A stretch of DNA of 63,546 nt, the filler included, from Deltaproteobacteria bacterium (GTDB lineage Bacteria; JAUYMQ01), in NCBI GenBank assembly GCA_030698575.1. It is 7 parts of 7 records of this genome, joined end to end, with 100 filler letters (N's around TTAATTAATTAA, not from the genome) between each part and the next. Parts side by side here need not be neighbours in the genome. Positions count along the whole stretch, not along the records: positions 1 to 7,166 come from JAUYMQ010000402.1; positions 7,267 to 30,551 come from JAUYMQ010000407.1; 5 more parts are not named here. One strand, written 5' to 3'. Under the pieces are notes generated by a model, which did no database searches, was not told where the DNA came from, and saw only the letters and a program-made list of their open reading frames with translations. A program made the translations under genes and the position numbers. Below, one piece after another: positions 1-10,770 of the stretch. Each line of letters starts with the position of its first letter. Position 1 is the first letter of the stretch.

Positions 1-283
1 TTTGGCGATGCGGTCAGGCAAAATGCCCGCCCTCCTTCGAAAGTCGCAAGCGTGGGGCTTCCCCCTCGCTCCGGGTGACGCCCGCCGTCACCTCCCGGGG
101 GCTTCGGGCCCGCCCCTCGGCACTGTAGATCGGTTCAAGCCCGCCCCGGTTTATTCCGATACGCCTTACGATCTTCCCCCGTTGGGGATCGCGGGACCGG
201 GGCATTCTATCAGGTGCCCCCCAGGTCGCTATACGGCGCCCTGCCCGCACCCGGACAACGAGGCCGATCTCAGGAGTGGGCTC

Positions 284-1432
<1,149 letters not shown>

Positions 1433-1509
1433 TTTCCGTTCAGGGCACATTCAGCCCCCTGTTCGATACCTCGCTCCCGCGCGCCAGGGAGCGCTGACAT
1501 GAGAGTCCC

Positions 1510-3303
1510 GTGCCAGCGAACGCACCCCTCGACCAGAAGACTCTGATGCGCGTTCTCGACCAGTGCACCGCAGCGGTGCTGCTGGGTGACGCGGAAGGGG
1601 TCATCACCTACGCCAACAAGGAAGCGGGCCGGCTGTTCGCCAGGCCCGTGGAGGCCCTTGTGGGGGCGCGGGTGGAGACTCTCCTGTTGCCGGATCAGCG
1701 CGGGGGCTTTCAGGAACAGTGGCAAAAGGCGCTCTCGGGGGCGCTTGTGACGGGCGTCGCGATAGAAGCACAGCGGGCCGACGGCGCGGTGGCGACTGTA
1801 GAGCTTACCCTTCTCCCGGCGGACATCGCCGGCGGGAAAGCGGTCCAGATCAACCTCCAGAACTTGGCCGGCCTGAAGGCCGCCGAGGCCCAGACCGAGG
1901 AGGTCGCGCTTCTTCTGTCGAAGCAGCGGCGGGCCCAGGCTGCATTGGCTTCGATCCAGAGGATCGTGAACAGCGGGGGCGAGGTTGTAGGCATGGCGCA
2001 GCGCTGCCTCACCGAGGCGGCCAAGGCGACCGGGGCTCAGCTCGGCCTCCTGTACACAATCGAGACTGCTGGAAAGTCGCTTTTGCAGGTGGCCTGCTAC
2101 ACGCCCGGCGAGGCTCCGCCGGAGCCGGAAGCCATCAGTCACGCGCCGGCCCTTGCGAAGCGCGCCATCACCGAGGCCCGGCCGCTCGATGGCTCCAGCC
2201 TGCCCCCGGACGCGGCCCTTCTCATCCAGACCGGAGACTGGAAGCGAAAGAGCGGCGGGATAGCCGTCCACCCGATGCGTTTCCATGGAGAGGTCATCGG
2301 GGCTCTCTTGCTTGCCGGACTGCGGCCCTTTTCACACGAGGACACCGAACTGATCGTGCTTCTGGCGGATCAGATCGCGTTCGTCATCGCTCATGCCCGC
2401 ATTCTTTCGAGGGCGGAATCGATGGCTGAAGATCTTTCGCTCAGCCAAAAGCTTCTCGAGGGGCACGACACCGAACTCTTGCGGCGTAGCGAGGAACTGC
2501 TCAACCAGGACGTGGAGCTTCTGGAGAAAAACGAGAAGCTCGAGAAAGTGGAAAAGCTAAAGCGTGACTTTCTGGAGAAGATGTCCCGCGAGATGCGCAC
2601 TCCGCTCAACCGAATCGTTCAACATCTGATCTCCATTCTTTCGAACGAAGAGGAACAGATGTCAGACGAGTCGATGGAGCACTTGCGGGGGGCCCTTGGA
2701 GAGGGAACGGCCTTCTCGCGCACGCTAAACAACATTGTCGACCTCTGGCGGCTTCGGGAGCAGCAGGTGCCGGTGGACTCCAAGCAGGTTCACTTCGAGG
2801 CGGTGGTCGACGAGGCTATCCATCACGTGCAGCAGGTCGCGCTCGAGCGAAACGTGACCATCGAAAAGGATCTGGACGGGGTGATGGGCCCCATCAAGAC
2901 GGATCTCGGAAAGCTCACCCAGATCATGACCGAGATCATCGGAAACGCCGTAAGGTTCACGTCCAACGGCAATGTGACGATCGTGGCCGAGTCGAACAAC
3001 GATGCTCTGGTCTGCAAAGTCGCCGACACCGGCATAGGTATCGCGGCCGACGATCTGCCAAGGGTCTTCGACGAGTTCTTCCAGGTTGATGAGAGCGCCA
3101 GCAGCGGATTCAACGGAGCCGGGCTGGGCCTCTGCATCGCGAAGCATCTTGCCGAGCTCATGGGCGGGGAGATCAGGATCGAGAGCGAGATCGGGCGCGG
3201 CAGCGTGCTGACCTTGACTCTTTCCCAGCCGAACCAGTCGAAATCCTCGCGACGCGGAGACGGGCTGGGAGCCCTCCTTCCGGGCTCCGCGGGAGGCGGG
3301 TAG
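1510..3303 (+). CDS. PAS-GAF-HisKA-HATPase sensor kinase-like protein with H-box His replaced by Arg
   Basis: N-terminal PAS (ITYANKEAGRLF), GAF-like region, coiled coil, H-box MSREMRTPLN, N-box IIGNAVRFT, G1 DTGIGIA, F-box VFDEFFQ, G2 GAGLGL. Confidence 0.85.
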   Translation: MPANAPLDQKTLMRVLDQCTAAVLLGDAEGVITYANKEAGRLFARPVEALVGARVETLLLPDQRGGFQEQWQKALSGALVTGVAIEAQRADGAVATVELTLLPADIAGGKAVQINLQNLAGLKAAEAQTEEVALLLSKQRRAQAALASIQRIVNSGGEVVGMAQRCLTEAAKATGAQLGLLYTIETAGKSLLQVACYTPGEAPPEPEAISHAPALAKRAITEARPLDGSSLPPDAALLIQTGDWKRKSGGIAVHPMRFHGEVIGALLLAGLRPFSHEDTELIVLLADQIAFVIAHARILSRAESMAEDLSLSQKLLEGHDTELLRRSEELLNQDVELLEKNEKLEKVEKLKRDFLEKMSREMRTPLNRIVQHLISILSNEEEQMSDESMEHLRGALGEGTAFSRTLNNIVDLWRLREQQVPVDSKQVHFEAVVDEAIHHVQQVALERNVTIEKDLDGVMGPIKTDLGKLTQIMTEIIGNAVRFTSNGNVTIVAESNNDALVCKVADTGIGIAADDLPRVFDEFFQVDESASSGFNGAGLGLCIAKHLAELMGGEIRIESEIGRGSVLTLTLSQPNQSKSSRRGDGLGALLPGSAGGG

Positions 3304-3304
3304 C

Positions 3305-4570
3305 GTGGGCGACCAGGGAACGCGCGGCGGGCCGGATCAGGACACGCAGCCGCTCTATCGCTTCGCCAGCCTTGGTGAAAACCACGTCGTCTGCCGGCGC
3401 GAGGGGCCCTACCCCAACGATCGAATCACCGACACATCACGAATTCTCCTGAGCGGCGATCTGGCCATTATCGAAGTCGCGGACCTTGTCAACTTCCTGA
3501 GCATGTCGCGGCTCACGGGCATCCTTCTTCTCATCATCGATGGAAATCACGAAAAGAGCCTCCATTTCAACAAAGGCGAGCTGGTCTTCGCGAGCTCGAG
3601 CGCCTCGGAAGACCGACTCGGCGAGGTCCTGGTCCGCCTGGGCCAGCTAAATCAGCGGCAGCTCGAGGCCGTAAGCATCAAGTTCCCGGGCAACATGAAG
3701 ATTGGCCGTTTCCTCGTCCAGCAGGAGCTGATAAGTCCCCAGGGCCTCTGGGAGGGCATCCGCCAGCAGGTGCGCGAAATCTTCTTTGGCTTTCTGGAGG
3801 CGGAACACGGCGTGTTCTTCCTCCTCGACGCGCGCCCGTCGGCCAGCGAGGAGTTGAACCTCTCCCTGACGACGCACAACCTTCTGCTCGAGGGAGTTCA
3901 GCGGAAGGACGAGCTTGCACACTTCAGGAAACGCATTCAGAACGACGAGGTTATCCTCCGCAAGCGCCACCCGCTCCCCACGAAGGAGCTGACGGCCAAC
4001 GAGCGGCGGCTTCTCAATCTCGTGGACGGGAAGCAGGACATTTCGCAGCTTTCCAGGCTCTCACAGCTCGAGCGTTTCATTACCCTGAAGACCCTCTTCC
4101 ATCTCATGCAGACGGGATTCGTCGAGATCTGCGACACGTCCGTGGAAGAGCCGCCCCGCGTGGAGAAGGCATCGACAGACGAGCCCGGTGCGATCGCCGA
4201 CGAGCGCCAGTTGCGGGACATCGTCGGGGTGTTCAACGAAATCTATGTCGAGGTGCTCCAGGCGCTCACCCAGAAGATGCCGGCGGCGGGGGCCCTCAAA
4301 ACGCTCAACGCTTTCTTCCAGAACCCGGAGCCGCACCTGGTCCCCCTCTTCCGGGGTATCAAGCTCGGGGGGGGTGGCACGCTGGACGCAAGCGCCCTGC
4401 TCCGAAATCTGCGCGCCATGACCTCCGCCGACGCGGGCACCTGCCTGACGGACGGGCTGAAGGAGCTGTTCTTCTTCTGCGTCTTCGAGGCCACGAGCCG
4501 CCTCGACCCTTCCGCCGAGGAAGCCCTTCTCGAGCGCGTCCAGAAACTTCAAAAGAACCTGCGAGGTTGA
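3305..4570 (+). CDS. DUF4388 (PATAN-like) domain protein
   Basis: LSGDL..EVADLVNFLSMSRLTGIL..LHFNKGELVFASS..DRLGEVLVRLG pattern, then a winged-helix-like segment (LVDGKQDISQL). GTG lies 1 nt after the kinase stop. Confidence 0.75.
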   Translation: MGDQGTRGGPDQDTQPLYRFASLGENHVVCRREGPYPNDRITDTSRILLSGDLAIIEVADLVNFLSMSRLTGILLLIIDGNHEKSLHFNKGELVFASSSASEDRLGEVLVRLGQLNQRQLEAVSIKFPGNMKIGRFLVQQELISPQGLWEGIRQQVREIFFGFLEAEHGVFFLLDARPSASEELNLSLTTHNLLLEGVQRKDELAHFRKRIQNDEVILRKRHPLPTKELTANERRLLNLVDGKQDISQLSRLSQLERFITLKTLFHLMQTGFVEICDTSVEEPPRVEKASTDEPGAIADERQLRDIVGVFNEIYVEVLQALTQKMPAAGALKTLNAFFQNPEPHLVPLFRGIKLGGGGTLDASALLRNLRAMTSADAGTCLTDGLKELFFFCVFEATSRLDPSAEEALLERVQKLQKNLRG

Positions 4571-4638
4571 TGCAGGTCCGCTAATATTTCTCCGCGCTCA
4601 CGCCCCATTTTCGTTCGCGCTCTCAGCGAGAGATCTCC

Positions 4639-5442
4639 GTGCTGCTTTCGAGCCTTAATTTTGGAGCCGCTGTCCCCCTGCTGCTGCTCGCCCTGGCCGC
4701 CGCCCCTTCCGCCATCGCCGCGGACCAGGCGTCGGAAGCCACGCGCCTCGAGGCCGAGGCTGAGACGCTCTGGAACCGCCGGGACGAGCCCGCCAGCATG
4801 CGGAGCGCGCTCGATCTCCAGGAGCGCATCGCGGCGGTCGTTCCACGGGACGCGAGGGCTCAGGCCAACCTTGCGAGGGCCTACTGGTGGTACGCGCACC
4901 TCCTCCCGGCCGCCAATGTGGCCGAGAGGCGGGAGCTGTATCGGCAGGGGGCCGGAGCGGCGCGGCGGGCCCAGGCTCTCGCTCCGGCTGAACCGTCGGG
5001 ATACTTCTGGGAGGCGGCCAATCTCGTCGAGGCAATTACAATCGGGCGGCGGTTCGTTCCGCCGGATGATGTCTTCCGGATCCGTAAACTCGTCGGCGAG
5101 GTCAACGCCCGCAACGCCTGGTATCAGCACGGCTCGATCCGCTACGTCGAGGCGGTGCTCATCCTCCGGCTGCCGGCGCCGGAGCGATGGATGATCGGAC
5201 GGCGCCTCTCGTCCGCGGTGGATCTCGCGATGGGCGCCCTCGGCTTCGAGAACAACTGCTTCTACGGCCACTGGGTGCTCGCCCAGGCGCTGGCCGCCAC
5301 GGGGCGCCGGCGGGCGGCCATCGTCCAGCTCGATTCGATTATCGATGGAAACCCCGAAGGATTCCTTCCGGACGCCCCCGAGAACCGGGTGGTGCGGAAA
5401 TGGGCCATTACCTACCGCGAGGAGCTGGCTGCGGCGCGCTGA
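4639..5442 (+). CDS. Secreted TPR-like helical protein (TatT-like)
   Basis: Signal peptide (LLLLALAAAPSAIAA) and Ala-rich helical repeats (LARAYWW..RRELYRQG..AQALAP..GYFWEA). Confidence 0.55.
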   Translation: MLLSSLNFGAAVPLLLLALAAAPSAIAADQASEATRLEAEAETLWNRRDEPASMRSALDLQERIAAVVPRDARAQANLARAYWWYAHLLPAANVAERRELYRQGAGAARRAQALAPAEPSGYFWEAANLVEAITIGRRFVPPDDVFRIRKLVGEVNARNAWYQHGSIRYVEAVLILRLPAPERWMIGRRLSSAVDLAMGALGFENNCFYGHWVLAQALAATGRRRAAIVQLDSIIDGNPEGFLPDAPENRVVRKWAITYREELAAAR

Positions 5443-5480
5443 GCGCCGCAGGCGGCCGGCGCCCCGCTGGGAGCAACCCT

Positions 5481-5894
5481 ATGATTGATGAACTCGCCGG
5501 GCCCAAACGGCCCGGGAAAAGGCCCCTGCCCGTCACTCTCCTTGCCGGGCTCTACCTGTTCCTGGGAATCGTGTTCGCCGGCATGGGAATCCAGGACCTG
5601 GCATGGGACGAGTTCAAGCCCGGGAAACCCATGGACCCGGACCTTCTCCCCTGGGCCATCGGGTTGCTCTCCCTGGCATTCGCCTTCGCCGGCACGGCCG
5701 CCGGGCTCTTCAGGATGCGGCGCTGGGGACGGCGGAGCGCTCTGGGGCTGGGCGCTCTCTTTGTATTCACAGGGATTTACGGTTTGACGGAAAGTGCGCC
5801 CCTGCTCGCCCTGCTCATCACCCCGGGGGCCGCACTCCTCATCGGCTTCCTGTACCTCCTGCGTCCCGGGGTCGCGTCGCGCTTCGGAACCTGA
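5481..5894 (+). CDS. Small integral membrane protein (about 4 TM)
   Basis: Four hydrophobic segments; GGAG upstream of ATG 5481. Confidence 0.6.
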   Translation: MIDELAGPKRPGKRPLPVTLLAGLYLFLGIVFAGMGIQDLAWDEFKPGKPMDPDLLPWAIGLLSLAFAFAGTAAGLFRMRRWGRRSALGLGALFVFTGIYGLTESAPLLALLITPGAALLIGFLYLLRPGVASRFGT

Positions 5895-5957
5895 CCGGGC
5901 CGCGGCGAGAACACCCGCCAGTGGCCCCCCGGAGATGGCGCGTGCTAGCCTCCCTTT

Positions 5958-6629
5958 GTGCGTAGCCGCGACCTGACTCCCGCCGACACCCCGCTGATCC
6001 TCCGCGCCCTGCGCCGGCACGCGCAGGGGCACCGCCTCCCCTCTCTCTCGATGGTCGCGGAACAGCGGCGCGACCCCTTTCTTATCCTGACGGGCTGCAT
6101 CCTTTCGCTGCGCACAAAGGACGAGACCACGCTGCCAGCGGCCGAGCGGCTCTTCGCCCTGGCCGATACGCCGGCGCGCCTTCGGCGTATCTCCGTGAAG
6201 CGGATCGAACGCGCCATCTATCCGGTCGGATTCTATCGTACCAAGGCCCGGACCCTCAGGACCCTCGCCGCGCATCTGCTATTGCATCACGCCGGCAAGA
6301 CGCCCGATACGCTGGAGGAGCTTCTTGCCATCAAGGGGGTCGGGCGAAAGACAGCGAACCTCGTGTTGACCCTCGGCTTCGGCAAGCCCGGCATATGTGT
6401 CGACACGCATGTGCATCGAATCTCGAACCGCTGGGGGCTCGTCACGACGCGGACGCCCGAGCAGACGGAGATGGCCCTGCGCGAGAAGCTCCCCCGGAGG
6501 TACTGGATCGAATACAACGATCTTCTGGTCACCTTCGGAAAGACCCTCTGTCACCCCCTGTCGCCGAAATGCAGCATCTGTCCGGTGCGCGCTCGCTGCC
6601 CGCGGCGAGGCGTGAAGCGGTCCCGGTGA
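5958..6629 (+). CDS. nth: Endonuclease III (HhH-GPD glycosylase, 4Fe-4S)
   Basis: GVGRKTANLVL HhH motif, VDTHVHRISNR, C-x6-C-x2-C-x5-C cluster motif (CHPLSPKCSICPVRARC). Confidence 0.93.
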   Translation: MRSRDLTPADTPLILRALRRHAQGHRLPSLSMVAEQRRDPFLILTGCILSLRTKDETTLPAAERLFALADTPARLRRISVKRIERAIYPVGFYRTKARTLRTLAAHLLLHHAGKTPDTLEELLAIKGVGRKTANLVLTLGFGKPGICVDTHVHRISNRWGLVTTRTPEQTEMALREKLPRRYWIEYNDLLVTFGKTLCHPLSPKCSICPVRARCPRRGVKRSR

Positions 6630-6948
6630 GCGCTTTTACCGCGGTGCGATTCAATTTGACCGGGATGGGGCTTCCGGGTAGGATCCCTCGGGACTGCCTG
6701 GTACGCGATGGCCGGTTGCAATTTCTACCCTCATGCTCAAAACCGGGATCCGTTCCTCGCTGCTGAGTGTCTTCCGCCCAGTGCGGAAAACCGGACGCAC
6801 GCGACACGGAGCCCACCTGGTAATACAGGGTTTAAATTCACTGGCCACGTCGGCCGTGGCGGTTACCCCATGCAAGAGGCGGCTCCCCGGAGCCGCCTTT
6901 CGCTTTGTGCCTGGACATCGAAGAGAGAGACCGGAGAGAAGAGGCGGC

Positions 6949-6987
6949 AAAAAAAGCGAAGCCCCCGGAACGCAGGTTCCAGGGGCT
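6949..6987 (-). terminator. Intrinsic terminator downstream of the PEP-CTERM gene
   Basis: Minus strand AGCCCCTGGAAC-CTGC-GTTCCGGGGGCT (12-bp stem, one G-U pair) followed by TCGC and T7. Confidence 0.7.
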
Positions 6988-7038
6988 CTGCTATTTCGGA
7001 GACCGCCCCCGCTCAGGCGGCCCTTGCTGGGGAGGAGG

Positions 7039-7166
7039 CTATTTGCGACGCCGCCGGAGCCGCGCGAGGCCGGCCAGGCCCGCACCCAGGAGCGCGATGG
7101 AGCCTGGCTCCGGAAGCTGGAACTCGGCCGAGGCCCTTCCCTTCGACTTCACGTTGAAGAGATCGA
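7039..7166 (-). CDS. C-terminal fragment of a PEP-CTERM (exosortase-sorted) protein, truncated by contig end
   Basis: Manual translation, not in the ORF track: ..DLFNVKSKGRASAEFQLPEPGSIALLGAGLAGLARLRRRRK* = PEP motif, TM helix, basic tail. Confidence 0.85.
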
Positions 7167-7266
7167 NNNNNNNNNNNNNNNNNNNNNNNNNNNNNNNNNN
7201 NNNNNNNNNNTTAATTAATTAANNNNNNNNNNNNNNNNNNNNNNNNNNNNNNNNNNNNNNNNNNNN
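7167..7266. other. Artificial contig spacer
   Basis: N44-TTAATTAATTAA-N44; stops in all six frames. Confidence 0.99.
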
Positions 7267-8369
7267 TCACGAAGGGCGGCCTCGGCGCGGTTGATGGCGA
7301 CGTAGCTCGCGTTCGATTTCGGGGCAGAGGCGAGATAGGTCGCCGCCTGTGCAAGCGGAATCCGCCCCTCGGGCATTCCTACGAGACGGACCGCCTCGAC
7401 GGCGGCCACCGCGGTGCGGAGCGCGCCGGCGTCGGCGTTGCCGACATCCTCTGCGGCGAAGATCACCATGCGCCGCGCGATGAAGACCGGGTCCTCCCCC
7501 GCATCGAGCATGCGCGCCAGCCAGTAAATCGCCGCGTCCGGATCGCTCCCCCGGAGGCTCTTGATGAAGGCGGATATCACGTCGTAGTGGTACTCGCCTC
7601 CCTTGTCGTAGATGAGCGGCCCCCGCTCGAGCACCTGCCTGACGGTCTCGTGGCCGAGAGCCACACTCCCGCCGCCCTCCGGGGACAAGATGGATACCGC
7701 CTCGTCGAGAAGCGACAGCGCGCGCCTCGCGTCGCCGCCGGCAAGCGCGACTATGAGCGCGATCGCCTCGGGCGCCGCCCGGACTCCCCTTGCGCCGAGC
7801 CCGCGCGCCTCGTCATCCAGAGCGCGCCGCAGGATCGCCTCCAGGTCGGCCTCCGTGAGCGGTTCAAGGGTGAATACCCGGCAGCGCGAGAGGAGCGCGG
7901 GGTTGATCTCGAAGGACGGGTTCTCGGTCGTCGCGCCGAGCAGCAGGAGCGTCCCCCGCTCGACGTGCGGGAGCAGAACGTCCTGCTGAGCTTTATTGAA
8001 GCGGTGAATCTCATCGAGGAAGAGCACGGTCCGCCGCGACCGGGAGCGGAGCAGGCGTTCGGCGTCCGCCACAATGCGTCGGATCTCCTTCACGCCCGCC
8101 AGAACCGCGCTCGACGCCTCGAAGTGGGCCCCGATCTCGCGGGCAATGAGCCGGGCGACCGTCGTCTTCCCGCAGCCGGGGGGTCCCCAGAAAATCATCG
8201 AGGGAATCTGCTTCGTCTCGAGCAGAAGGCGGAGGGGAGCGCCGGGGCCCAGGAGGCGGGCCTGGCCGGCCAGCTCGTCCAGCACGCGGGGGCGCATCCG
8301 CTCGGCCAGCGGCGCGTGGCCTGCGGGCTCCGGCGGGCCGCTCGGCGGGGCGTTGTCGAAAAGATCCAT
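7267..8369 (-). CDS. rarA: Replication-associated recombination protein A (RarA/MgsA), 3' truncated
   Basis: PLAERMRP, WGPPGCGKTT, LFLDEIHRFNKAQQD, ATTENPSF, HYDVISAFIKSLRGSDPDAA. Confidence 0.95.
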
Positions 8370-8425
8370 GACCGAAAGGCTATCATGGCTCACCACCACG
8401 CGCATCGGGGCCGTCTGTGGGCACC

Positions 8426-8498
8426 GCCTTCCCGTGCTCGGCGGGCCCGGCCTCCCCGCTTGTGAGATTGGATGCGCTGCCTTCCCGTGCTCGGCGGG
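8426..8498. repeat. 20-bp direct repeat in the rarA/recN divergent intergenic region
   Basis: GCCTTCCCGTGCTCGGCGGG at 8426-8445 and 8479-8498. Confidence 0.8.
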
Positions 8499-8564
8499 GC
8501 CCCGCCCCCGCGCCAAGCGCGCGGGGACGCCCGCCTGCGTGCGGAAAGACCGCGCGCCCGCCCT

Positions 8565-8607
8565 CGCATGTCATTGCGAGGAGGGCCGCAGGCCCGACGA
8601 AGCAATC
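8565..8607 (+). repeat. REP-like palindromic element, copy 1
   Basis: CGCATGTCATTGCGAGG..GGGCC-GCA-GGCCC..GCAATC; related copies at 33706 and 38044. Confidence 0.6.
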
Positions 8608-8753
8608 CCCGCATCGTGGCGGCGCCAGCCATTCTTCGGTTGAAGGCCGTCCGCGCGCGTGATACCCATGGGGTGCGCCCGCCAATCTCTCCCCCGAATC
8701 AGAAAACCGCACCAGACGCCGGGGAACGTCTCCCGGCACGGGAACCGCACGAG

Positions 8754-10490
8754 ATGCTTCTGGAGCTTCGCGTTCGCGATCTGGCGATCATCGAGAACGT
8801 CCGGGCCGAGTTCGGTCCGGGGCTCAACGTTCTTTCCGGCGAGACCGGCGCGGGCAAATCCGTCGTCGTCGACGCCCTGTCGCTCGCGCTTGGCGGGCGG
8901 GCGGCCGGGGAAATGGTGCGGGCCGGGGTCGACCGCGCTGTGGTCGAAGCGGTTTTCCGGATAGACGAACGGCCCGACCTGGTGGAACGCCTGCAGGCGC
9001 AGGGTCTCGAGGCCGACGGGGAGATAGTCGTGCGCCGGGAGATCGTGGAGGGAGGCCGGGGCAGGGCGTGGTTGAACGGCAGCCCCGTCACTCAGGGAAT
9101 GCTCTCGCAACTTCTCGATGAGATGGTCGAGATCCACGGCCAGCACGAGCACCAGCGCTTGCTCCGCCGCGAGGCGCAGATGGATTTGCTCGATAGGGCG
9201 GGCAAGGGCGAAGCGCTCCGGGAGCGGCTCGCCGGGATAGCGCGGGAGTGGCGCTCACTGGACGCCGAGCGAACCCGTCTGCGAATGAGCGAAGAGGAGC
9301 GCCTGCGCCAGATCGACTACCTCCGGTTCCAGATCGACGAGATCGCCCAGGCCGCGCCCGAGCCCGGAGAGGAGGAGAGTCTCGCCGGGCAGCGCGCGCG
9401 GCTCGCCAATGCCGCTCGGCTGCTCGAGAGCGCTCGGGCCGCAGAGGCGGGTCTCTACTCCGGCGAAGGGGCGGTCGTGGAGTCCATTGGAAAGGCGGCG
9501 GCGTCGCTGGCCCAGGCGGGGAGCCTCGATCCGGGCCTGGCGCCGTTGGCGGCCCGGCTGGAGGCCGCGCTGCGGGAGATCGAGGACATTGCCCGCGAGC
9601 TGGGAGACTACGCCACGAAGCTGACGCACGATCCCGAGCGCCTGGCCGAGGTCGAGGAGCGTCTGGAGGCGCTGCGCCGGCTGATGCGCAAGTACGGTCC
9701 CGCGCTCAGCGACGTCTGCGCAAGCCTCGAGCGGGCTCGGGCCGAGCTCGCATCGCTCGAGGGGCGGGACGAGCGGCTCGCGGAAATCGAGGGGGCTTGC
9801 GCCGCCCTGGCCGCGGAGGGGGCGGAGCTTTCACGGGAGCTGACGTCCGTTCGCGCTCGTACCGCTGCGGCGCTCTCGCGGCGCGTGGCCAAGGAACTCG
9901 AGGCGCTGGGAATGGGCAGGGCTTCATTCCAGGTCGCCGTAACGCCGATCGAACAGCCGCCCCCCGGCTTCGGGGAGCGGGGATCGGACAGCGTGGAGTT
10001 TCTGATCTCGCCCAATCCGGGCGAGCCTCCGCGCGTGCTCGCCAGGATCGCTTCCGGGGGAGAACTCTCGCGGGTCATGCTGGCGCTGCAGACGGTGCTG
10101 GCGGAGAGCGAGAAGCCCGCGACGCTGGTGTTCGACGAGGCCGACGCCGGAGTGGGGGGCAGCGTGGCCGACGCTGTCGGACAGCGGCTTGCCGGCCTGG
10201 CCGCTGCCCATCAAGTCATCTGCCTGACCCACCTCCCGCAGATTGCTGCGCGTGGCGACCGGCATCTGCGCGTCACCAAGACCGAAGAGGAGGGGAGGAC
10301 CGTGGCGCGCCTTTCCGCCATCGAAGGCGACGCGCGGGTGGAAGAGATCGCTCGGATGTCCGGGGGCGCGGCAGTCACCGAGGCGACGCGGGCACACGCG
10401 CGGGATCTGCTCCGGAGGTGCGGCCGCGGCGACACCGCGCAGAAGGCGCCCGGAGGTGGAAAGCCGCTGAGACGGCGCGGGCGGGCTTAA
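8754..10490 (+). CDS. recN: DNA repair protein RecN
   Basis: MLLELRVRDLAII, GETGAGKS, IHGQHEHQ, ASGGELSRVMLA, FDEADAGVGG, THLPQIAA. Confidence 0.96.
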   Translation: MLLELRVRDLAIIENVRAEFGPGLNVLSGETGAGKSVVVDALSLALGGRAAGEMVRAGVDRAVVEAVFRIDERPDLVERLQAQGLEADGEIVVRREIVEGGRGRAWLNGSPVTQGMLSQLLDEMVEIHGQHEHQRLLRREAQMDLLDRAGKGEALRERLAGIAREWRSLDAERTRLRMSEEERLRQIDYLRFQIDEIAQAAPEPGEEESLAGQRARLANAARLLESARAAEAGLYSGEGAVVESIGKAAASLAQAGSLDPGLAPLAARLEAALREIEDIARELGDYATKLTHDPERLAEVEERLEALRRLMRKYGPALSDVCASLERARAELASLEGRDERLAEIEGACAALAAEGAELSRELTSVRARTAAALSRRVAKELEALGMGRASFQVAVTPIEQPPPGFGERGSDSVEFLISPNPGEPPRVLARIASGGELSRVMLALQTVLAESEKPATLVFDEADAGVGGSVADAVGQRLAGLAAAHQVICLTHLPQIAARGDRHLRVTKTEEEGRTVARLSAIEGDARVEEIARMSGGAAVTEATRAHARDLLRRCGRGDTAQKAPGGGKPLRRRGRA

Positions 10491-10770
10491 AGGCCGGCCT
10501 CCCGGCATGCTCAAGTGGTTCCCAGAGTTGGTCGATGAGTTCCCCTGGGGTCGGATGCTCGCCGGTCCTGAATTCTTGAAAGCCCGCGGGGGACGAGGCC
10601 CTGATGGAAAAAAATCAAGTAGTTCCGGTATCTTAGCAGGAATGGGGTGGCTTTTACGAAGGGACTGGGCAATAGGGCGCCTTGACACACCGCGCCGAGC
10701 TTGTTTTATATACGCCCTCACTGCCAGGCTTCATCCTCGGAACGACGTCCCCAGGGGGGGAGGGATCAGC

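Noticed and set aside
1..37. Possible divergent gene start on the minus strand (AAGGAG, then TTG CCT GAC CGC ATC GCC AAA = MPDRIAK)
   Set aside because: Only seven codons are visible; not enough to call.
6630..6948. Short ORFs and possible ncRNA between nth and the PEP-CTERM terminator
   Set aside because: No motif, coding bias or recognisable RNA structure.
10682..10712. TTGACA upstream of the M23 peptidase gene
   Set aside because: Perfect -35, but no TAnnnT at 16-18 nt spacing; plausible promoter but not supportable.
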